Below the pieces are notes generated by a model. The model was not told where the DNA came from. It did no database searches and saw nothing but the letters and a program-made list of their open reading frames with translations. Positions 54,701-64,000 of a DNA stretch of 64,000 bases are shown here, piece by piece. The stretch is from positions 16,554,001 to 16,618,000 of the forward strand of contig OZ024740.1 of the NCBI GenBank assembly GCA_964016885.1. The letters are read 5' to 3'. Position numbers and translations under genes: made by a program. The stretch comes from Eledone cirrhosa. Taxonomy: Eukaryota. Every line of letters begins with the position of its first letter. The first letter of the stretch is position 1.

Positions 54701-57149
54701 GAAACATCAGTGTAAATATGGTTGCTTCTAGACAGAGGTTTACAGGGAGACATCAGTGTAAATATGGTGGCTTCTGGACAGAGCTTTACAGGGAGATATC
54801 AGAGTAAATATGGTGGCTTCTGGACAGAGCTTTACAGGGAGATATCAGAGTAAATATGGTGGCTTCTAGACAAAGCTTTACAGGGAGACATCAGAGTAAA
54901 TATGGTGGCATCTATACAGAGATTTACAGGGAGACATCAGAGTAAATATGGTGGCTTCTAGATAGAGGTTTACAGGGAGACTTCAGTGTAAATATGGTGG
55001 CTTCTAGACAGACGTTTACTGGGAGACATCTGTGTAAATATGGTGGCTTCTAGACAGAGCTTTACAGGGAGACATCAGTGTAAATATGGTGGCTTCTGGA
55101 CAGAGGTTTACAGGGAGATATCAGTGTAAATATGGTGGCTTCTAGACAGAGCTTTACAAGGAGACATCAATGTAAATATGGTGGCTTCTGGACATAGGTT
55201 TACAGGGAGACATCAGAGTAAATATGGTTGCTTCTAGACAGAGCTTTACAGGGAGACATCAGTGTAAATATGGTGGCATCTGGACAGAGGTTTACAGGGA
55301 GACATCAGTGTAAATATGGTGGCTTCTGGACAGGGCTTTACAGAGAGACATTAGTGTAAATATGGTGGCTTCTAGACAGAGGTTTACAGGGAGACATCAG
55401 TGTAAATATGGTGGCATCTGGACAAAAGTTTACAGGGACACATCAGTGTAAATATGGTGGCTTCTAGACAGAGCTTTACAGGGAGATATCAGAGTAAATA
55501 TGGTGGCTTCTAGACAGAGGTTTACAGGGAGATATCAGAGTAAATATGGTGGCTTCTGGACAGAGGTTTACAGGGAGACATCAGTGTAAATATGGTGGCT
55601 TCTAGACAGAGGTTTACAGGTAGAGATCAGTGTAAATATGGTGGCTTCTAGACGGAGGTTTACAGGGAGATATCAGTGTAAATATGGTGTCTTCTGGACA
55701 GAGGTTTACAGGGAGATATTAGTGTAAATATGGTGTCTTCTGGACAGAGGTTTACTGGGAGACATTAGTGTAAATATAATGTCTTCTGGAGAGAGGATTA
55801 CAGGGAGACATCAGTGTAAATATGGTGGCTTCTAGACAGAGGTTTACAGGGAGACATCAGTGTAAATATGGTGGCTTCTGGGCAGAGGTTTACAGGAAGA
55901 CATCAGTGTAAAAATGGTGTCTTCTAGACAGAGCTTTACAGGGAGACATCAGTGTAAATATGGTTGCTTCTAGACAGAGGTTTACAGGGAGACATCAGTG
56001 TAAATATGGTGGCTTCTGGACAGAGGTTTACAGGGAGACATCAGTGTAAAAATGGTGGCTTCTGGACAGAGGTTTACAGGGAGACATCAGTGTAAATATG
56101 GTGGCTTCTGGACAGAGGTTTACAGGGCGACATCAGTGTAAATATGTTGGCTTCTAGACAGATGTTTACAGGGAGACATCAGTGTAAATATGGTGGCTTC
56201 TGGACAGAGGTTTACAGGGTGACATCAGTGTAAATATGGTGTCTTCTGGACAGAGGTTTACAGGGAGATATCAGTGTAAATGTGGTGTCTTCTGGACAGA
56301 GCTTTACAGGGAGATATCAGAGTAAATATGGTGGCTTCTAGACAAAGCTTTACAGGGAGACATCAGTGTAAATATAATGTCTTCTGGAGAGAGGATTACA
56401 GGGAGACATCAGTGTAAATATGGTGGCTTCTAGACAGAGGTTTACAGGGAGACATCAGTGTAAATATGGTGGCTTCTAGACAGAGCTTTACAGGGAGATA
56501 TAATTGTAAATATGGTGGCTTCTGAACAGAGGTTTACAAGGAGACATCAGTGTAAATATGGTGGCTTCTGGACAGAGCTTTACAGGGAGACATTAGTGTA
56601 AATATGGTGGCTTCTAGACAGAGCTTTATAGGGAGATATCAGAGGAAATATAGTGGCTTCTGGACAGAGGTTTACAGGGAGACATCAATGTAAATATGGT
56701 GGCATCTGGACAAAGGTTTACAGGGACACATCAGTGTAAATATCGTGGCTTCTAGACAGAGCTTTACAGGGAGATATCAGAGTAAATATGGTGGCTTCTG
56801 GACAGAGGTTTACAGGGAGACATTAGTGTAAATATGGTTGCTTCTAGACAGAGCTTTACAGGGAGATATCAGAGTAAATATGTTGGCTTCTGGACAGAGC
56901 TTTACAGGGAGACATCAGTGTAAATATGGTGGCTTCTAGACAGAGGTTTACAGGGAGACATCAGTGTAAATATGGTGGCTTCTAGACAGAGGTTTACAGG
57001 GAGACATCAGTGTAAATATGGTGGCTTCTAGACGGAGGTTTACAGGGAGATATCAGTGTAAGTATGGTGTTTTCTGGACAGAGGTTTACAGGGAGATATT
57101 AGTGTAAATATGGTGTCTTCTGGACAAAGCTTTACAGGGTGATATCAGA

Positions 57150-60100
57150 GTAAATATGTTGGCTTCTAGACAAAGCTTTACAGGGAGACATCAGTGTAAA
57201 TATGGTGGCTTCTAGACAGAGCTTTACTGGGAGACATCAGTGTAAATATGGTGGCTTCTAGACAGAGCTTTACAGGGAGACATCAGTATAAATATGGTGG
57301 CTTCTAGACAGAGCTTTACAGGTAGACATCAGTGTAAATATGGTGGCTTCTAGACAGAGGTTTACAGGGAGACATCAGTGTAAATATGGTGGCTTCTGGA
57401 CAGAGGTTTACAGGGAGACATCAGTGTAGAAATGGTGGCTTCTGGACAGAGGTTTACAGGGAGACATCAGTGTAAATATGGTGGCTTCTGGACAGAGGTT
57501 TACAGGGAGACATCAGTGTAAATATGGTGGCTTCTGGACAGAGGCTTACAGGGAGATATCAGTGTAAATATGGTGGCTTCTGGACAGAGGTTTACAGGGA
57601 GACATCAGTGTAAATATGGTGGCTTCTAGACAGAGGTTTACAGGGAGACATCAGTGTAAATATGGTGGCTTTTAGACAAAGCTTTACAGGGAGACATCAG
57701 TGTAAATATGGTGGCTTCTAGACAGAGCTTTACAGGGAGACATCAGTGTAAATATGGTGGCTTCTAGACAAAGCTTTACAGGGAGACATCAGTGTAAATA
57801 TGGTGGCTTCTAGACAAAGCTTTACAGGGAGACATCAGTGTAAATATGGTGGTTTCTTGACAGAGCTTTACAGGGAAACATCAGTGTAAATATGGTGGCT
57901 TCTGGATAGAGGTTTACAGGAAGACATCAGTGTAAATATGGTGGCTTCTGGACAGAGGTTTACAGGGAGACATCAGTGTAAATATGGTGGCTTCTGGACA
58001 GAGGTTTACAGGGAGACATCAGAGTTAATATGGTGGCTTCTAGACAGAGCTTTACAGGGAGATATCAGTGTAAATATGGTGGCTTCTAGACAAAGCTTTA
58101 CAGGGAAACATCAGTGTAAATATGGTGGCTTCTTGACAGAGCTTTACAGGGAAGCATCAGTGTAAATATGGTGGCTTCTGGATAGAGGTTTACAGGGAGA
58201 CATCAGTGTAAATATGGTGGCTTCTGGACAGAGGTTTACAGGGAGACATCAGTGTAAATATGGTGGCTTCTGGACAGAGGTTTACAGGGAGATATCAGTG
58301 TTAATATGGTGGCTTCTAGACAGAGGTTTACAGGGATATTTTAGTGTAAATATGGTGGCTTCTGGACAGAGGTTTACAGGGAGACATCAGTGTAAATATG
58401 GTGGCTTCTAGACAGAGCTTTACAGGGAGATATCAGTGTAAATATTGTGTCTTCTGGACAGAGGTTTACAAGGAGATATCAGAGTAAATATGGTGGCTTC
58501 TGGACAGAGCTTTACAGGGAAATATCAGAGTGAATATGGTGGCTTCTAGACAAAGATTTACAGGGAGACATCAGTGTAAATATAGTGGCTTCTGGAGAGA
58601 GGATTACAGGGAGACATGAGTGTAAATATGGTGGCTTCTAGACAGAGAATTACAGGGAGACATCAGTGTAAATATGGTGTCTTCTGCACAGAGGTTTACA
58701 GGGAGATATCAGTGTAAATGTGGTGTCTTCTGGACAGAGCTTTACAGGGAGATATCAGAGTAAATATGGTGGCTTCTAGACAAAGCTTTACAGGGAGACA
58801 TCAGTGTAAATATAATGGCTTCTGGAGAGAGGATTACAGGGAGACATCAGTGTAAATATGGTGGCTTCTAGACAGAGGTTTACAGGGAGACATCAGTGTA
58901 AATATGGTGGCTTCTGGACAGAGCTTTACAGGGAGATATCAGTGTAAATATGGTGGCTTCTGGACAGAGGTTTACAAGGAGACATCAGTGTAAATATGGT
59001 GGCTTCTGGACAGAGCTTTACAGGGAGACATTAGTGTAAATATGGTGGCTTCTAGACAGAGCTTTACAGGGAGATATCAGAGGAAATATAGTGGCTTCTG
59101 GACAGAGGTTTACAGGGGGACATCAGTGTAAATATGGTGGCATCTGGACAAAGGTTTACAGGGAGACATCAGTGTAAATATGGTGGCTTCTAGACAGAGC
59201 TTTACAGGGAGATATCAGAGTAAATATGGTGGCTTCTGGACAGAGGTTTACAGGGAGACATCAGTGTGAATATGGTGGCTTCTAGACTGAGGTTTACAGG
59301 GAGACATCAGTGTAAATATGGTGGCTTCTGGATAGAGGTTTACAGGTAGACATCAGTGTAAATATGTTGGCTTCTGGACAGAGGTTTACAGGGAGACATT
59401 AGTGTAAATATGGTTGCTTCTAGACAGAGGTTTACAGGGAGACATCAGTGTAAATATGGTGGCTTCTAGACAGAGGTTTACAAGGAGACATCAGTGTAAA
59501 TATGGTGGCTTCTAGACGGAGGTTTACAGGGAGATATCAGTGTAAGTATGGTGTTTTCTGGACAGAGGTTTACAGGGAGATATTAGTGTAAATATGGTGT
59601 CTTCTGGACAAAGCTTTACAGGGAGACATCAGTGTAAATATGGTGGCTTCTAGACAGAGGTTTACTGGGAGACATCAGTGTAAATATGGTGGCTTCTAGA
59701 CAGAGCTTTACAGGGAGACAGCAGTGTAAATATGGTGGCTTCTAGACAGAGCTTTACAGGGAGACATCAGTGTAAATATGGTGGCTTCTAGACAGAGGTT
59801 TACAGGGAGACATCAGTGTAAATATGGTGGCTTCTGGACAGAGGTTTACAGGGAGACATCAGTGTAAATATGGTGGCTTCTGGACAGAGGTTTACAGGGA
59901 GACATCAGTGTAAATATGTTGGCTTCTAGACAGAGGTTTAAAGGGAGACATCAGTGTAAATATGGTGGCTTCTGGATAGAGGTTTACAGGGAGACATCAG
60001 TGTAAATATGGAGGCTTCTGGATAGAGGTTTACAGGGAGACATCAGTGTAAATATGGTGGCTTCTGGACAGTGGTTTACAGGGAGATATCAGTGTAAATA

Positions 60101-63100
60101 TGGTGGCTTCTTGACAGAGGTTTACAGGGAGACATCAGTGTAAATATGGTGGCTTCTAGACAGATGTTTACAGGGAGACATCAGTGTAAATATGGTGGCT
60201 TCTAGACAGAGCTTTACAGGGAGATATCAGTGTAAATATGGTGGCTTCTGGAGAGAGGATTACAGGGAGACATCAGTGTAAATATGGTGGCATCTAGACA
60301 GAGATTTACAGGGAGACATCAGTGTAAATATTGTGTCTTCTGGACAGAGGTTTACAAGGAGATATCAGTGTAAATATGGTGTCTTCTGGACAGAGCTTTA
60401 CAGGGAGATATCAGAGTAAATATGGTGGCTTCTGGACAGAGCTTTACAGGGAGATATCAGAGTAAATATGGTGGCTTCTAGACAAAGATTTACAGGGAGA
60501 CATCAGAGTAAATATAGTGGCTTCTGGAGAGAGGATTACAGGGAGACATCAGTGTAAATATTGTGTCTTCTGGACAGAGGTTTACAAGGAGATATCAGTG
60601 TAAATATGGTGTCTTCTGGACAGAGCTTTACAGGGAGATATCAGAGTAAATATGGTGGCTTCTGGACAGAGCTTTACAGGGAGATATCAGAGTAAATATG
60701 GTGGCTTCTGGACAAAGCTTTACAGGGAGATATCAGAGTAAATATGGTGGCTTCTAGACAAAGCTTTACAGGGAGACATCAGTGTAAATATGGTGGCTTC
60801 TAGACAGAGCTTTACTGGGAGACATCAGTGTAAATATGGTGGCTTCTAGACAGAGCTTTACAGGGAGACATCAGTGTAAATATGGTGGCTTCTAGACAGA
60901 GCTTTACAGGTAGACATCAGTGTAAATATGGTGGCTTCTAGACAGAGGTTTACAGGGAGACATCAGTGTAAATATGGTGGCTTCTGGACAGAGGTTTACA
61001 GGGAGACATCAGTGTAGAAATGGTGGCTTCTGGACAGAGGTTTACAGGGAGACATCAGTGTAAATATGGTGGCTTCTGGACAGAGGTTTACAGGGAGACA
61101 TCAGTGTAAATATGGTGGCTTCTGGACAGAGGCTTACAGGGAGATATCAGTGTAAATATGGTGGCTTCTGGACAGAGGTTTACAGGGAGACATCAGTGTA
61201 AATATGGTGGCTTCTAGACAGAGGTTTACAGGGAGACATCAGTGTAAATATGGTGGCTTTTAGACAAAGCTTTACAGGGAGACATCAGTGTAAATATGGT
61301 GGCTTCTAGACAGAGCTTTACAGGGAGACATCAGTGTAAATATGGTGGCTTCTAGACAAAGCTTTACAGGGAGACATCAGTGTAAATATGGTGGCTTCTA
61401 GACAAAGCTTTACAGGGAGACATCAGTGTAAATATGGTGGTTTCTTGACAGAGCTTTACAGGGAAACATCAGTGTAAATATGGTGGCTTCTGGATAGAGG
61501 TTTACAGGAAGACATCAGTGTAAATATGGTGGCTTCTGGACAGAGGTTTACAGGGAGACATCAGTGTAAATATGGTGGCTTCTGGACAGAGGTTTACAGG
61601 GAGACATCAGAGTTAATATGGTGACTTCTAGACAGAGCTTTACAGGGAGATATCAGTGTAAATATGGTGGCTTCTAGACAAAGCTTTACAGGGAAACATC
61701 AGTGTAAATATGGTGGCTTCTTGACAGAGCTTTACAGGGAAGCATCAGTGTAAATATGGTGGCTTCTGGATAGAGGTTTACAGGGAGACATCAGTGTAAA
61801 TATGGTGGCTTCTGGACAGAGGTTTACAGGGAGACATCAGTGTAAATATGGTGGCTTCTGGACAGAGGTTTACAGGGAGATATCAGTGTTAATATGGTGG
61901 CTTCTAGACAGAGGTTTACAGGGATATTTTAGTGTAAATATGGTGGCTTCTGGACAGAGGTTTACAGGGAGACATCAGTGTAAATATGGTGGCTTCTAGA
62001 CAGAGCTTTACAGGGAGATATCAGTGTAAATATTGTGTCTTCTGGACAGAGGTTTACAAGGAGATATCAGTGTAAATATGGTGTCTTCTGGACAGAGCTT
62101 TACCGGGAGATATCAGAGTAAATATGGTGGCTTCTGGACAGAGCTTTACAGGGAGATATCAGAGTAAATATGGTGGCTTCTAGACAAAGATTTACAGGGA
62201 GACATCAGTGTAAATATAGTGGCTTCTGGAGAGAGGATTACAGGGAGACATGAGTGTAAATATGGTGGCTTCTAGACAGAGAATTACAGGGAGACATCAG
62301 TGTAAATATGGTGTCTTCTGCACAGAGGTTTACAGGGAGATATCAGTGTAAATGTGGTGTCTTCTGGACAGAGCTTTACAGGGAGATATCAGAGTAAATA
62401 TGGTGGCTTCTAGACAAAGCTTTACAGGGAGACATCAGTGTAAATATAATGGCTTCTGGAGAGAGGATTACAGGGAGACATCAGTGTAAATATGGTGGCT
62501 TCTAGACAGAGGTTTACAGGGAGACATCAGTGTAAATATGGTGGCTTCTGGACAGAGCTTTACAGGGAGATATCAGTGTAAATATGGTGGCTTCTGGACA
62601 GAGGTTTACAAGGAGACATCAGTGTAAATATGGTGGCTTCTGGACAGAGCTTTACAGGGAGACATTAGTGTAAATATGGTGGCTTCTAGACAGAGCTTTA
62701 CAGGGAGATATCAGAGGAAATATAGTGGCTTCTGGACAGAGGTTTACAGGGGGACATCAGTGTAAATATGGTGGCATCTGGACAAAGGTTTACAGGGAGA
62801 TATCAGTGTAAATATGGTGGCTTCTAGACAGAGCTTTACAGGGAGATATCAGAGTAAATATGGTGGCTTCTGGACAGAGGTTTACAGGGAGACATCAGTG
62901 TAAATATGGTGGCTTCTAGACTGAGGTTTACAGGGAGAGATCAGTGTAAATATGGTGGCTTCTGGATAGAGGTTTACAGGTAGACATCAGTGTAAATATG
63001 TTGGCTTCTGGACAGAGGTTTACAGGGAGACATTAGTGTAAATATGGTTGCTTCTAGACAGAGGTTTATAGGGAGGAATCAGTGTAAATATGGTGGCTTC

Positions 63101-64000
63101 TAGACAGAGGTTTACAGGGAGACATCAGTGTAAATATGGTGGCTTCTAGACGGAGGTTTACAGGGAGATATCAGTGTAAGTATGGTGTTTTCTGGACAGA
63201 GGTTTACAGGGAGATATTAGTGTAAATATGGTGTCTTCTGGACAAAGCTTTACAGGGAGACATCAGTGTAAATATGGTGGCTTCTAGACAGAGGTTTACT
63301 GGGAGACATCAGTGTAAATATGGTGGCTTCTAGACAGAGCTTTACAGGGAGACAGCAGTGTAAATATGGTGGCTTCTAGACAGAGCTTTACAGGGAGACA
63401 TCAGTGTAAATATGGTGGCTTCTAGACAGAGGTTTACAGGGAGACATCAGTGTAAATATGGTGGCTTCTGGACAGAGGTTTACAGGGAGACATCAGTGTA
63501 AATATGGTGGCTTCTGGACAGAGGTTTACAGGGAGACATCAGTGTAAATATGTTGGCTTCTAGACAGAGGTTTACAGGGAGACATCAGTGTAAATATGGT
63601 GGCTTCTGGATAGAGGTTTACAGGGAGACATCAGTGTAAATATGGAGGCTTCTGGATAGAGGTTTACAGGGAGACATCAGTGTAAATATGGTGGCTTCTG
63701 GACAGTGGTTTACAGGGAGATATCAGTGTAAATATGGTGGCTTCTGGACAGAGGTTTACAGGGAGACATCAGTGTAAATATGGTGGCTTCTAGACAGATG
63801 TTTACAGGGAGACATCAGTGTAAATATGGTGGCTTCTAGACAGAGCTTTACAGGGAGATATCAGTGTAAATATGGTGGCTTCTGGAGAGAGGATTACAGG
63901 GAGACATCAGTGTAAATATGGTGGCATCTAGACAGAGATTTACAGGGAGACATCAGTGTAAATATTGTGTCTTCTGGACAGAGGTTTACAAGGAGATATC
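57150..64000 (+). repeat. Duplication with 3,588/3,634-bp offset (78 then 79 monomers): about 57150-60360 vs 60740-64000
   Basis: gtagaaatgg (~57426/~61014, offset 3,588), gaggcttaca, gggaagcatc; then ctgcacag (~58684/~62318), gacagcagtg (~59717/~63351) and gacagtggttt (~60067/~63701) at offset 3,634, i.e. one extra monomer near 62070-62115. Confidence 0.9.

Larger units (their letters stand above)
1..64000 (+). repeat. Tandem satellite/minisatellite array, 46-bp monomer, about 1,390 head-to-tail copies, running off both window ends
   Basis: Unit 1-46 (gacagaggtctacagggagacatcagtgtaaatatggtggcatctg) restarts at 47, and the same unit continues to 64000 with typically 0-4 substitutions per copy and rare 1-3 bp indels. 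No inverted copies or non-repeat inserts seen. 64000/46 is about 1,391. Confidence 0.99.

Noticed and set aside
215-61999. The 21 + strand ORFs of 60-119 aa (MVASGQRFTGRHQCKYGGFWTEVYRE...)
   Set aside because: 46 is not a multiple of 3, so translation cycles through all three frames of the monomer and normally meets TAA in gtgtaaat about every 138 bp. ORFs pass 60 aa only where that stop is mutated or frameshifted (gtatat, gttaat), and their recurrence tracks the block duplications. No evidence of coding function.
1-64000. CRISPR array (repeat length and weak palindrome are superficially compatible)
   Set aside because: Repeats abut directly with no unique spacers, leader or cas genes.
1-64000. 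Telomeric repeat or G-quadruplex array suggested by the G-rich strand (ttacaggg)
   Set aside because: No TTAGGG-type short tandem units, and only one GGG run per 46 bp, too sparse for a canonical three-tier G4.
1-64000. Mobile element, tRNA, rRNA or recombinase-site array
   Set aside because: No terminal repeats, target-site duplications, transposase, RT or integrase coding sequence, or recognisable structural RNA. A transposon origin of the monomer cannot be tested without the array flanks.

Overview
The whole 64-kb window is one uninterrupted, head-to-tail, single-orientation tandem array of a 46-bp monomer (about 1,390 copies; consensus GACAGAGGTTTACAGGGAGACATCAGTGTAAATATGGTGGCTTCT[G/A], about 46% GC, no CpG, G-rich + strand). 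I see no unique sequence, spacers, genuine genes, RNA genes or transposon ends. All 21 listed ORFs are translations of the repeat, opened where its TAA stop is mutated or frameshifted. The informative structure lies in the variant monomers, which reveal nested kb-scale duplications whose offsets are whole numbers of monomers once visible indels are counted (5, 21, 27, 29, 46, 78/79, 83, 84, 88, 106, 304, 317/319 monomers). They also define three sub-domains with partly private variants (about 1-36 kb, 36-56.5 kb, 56.5-64 kb). This looks like eukaryotic satellite or very long minisatellite DNA; organism and family cannot be assigned from the sequence alone, and I cannot support a novel gene system here. 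Block boundaries were read by eye and are approximate.
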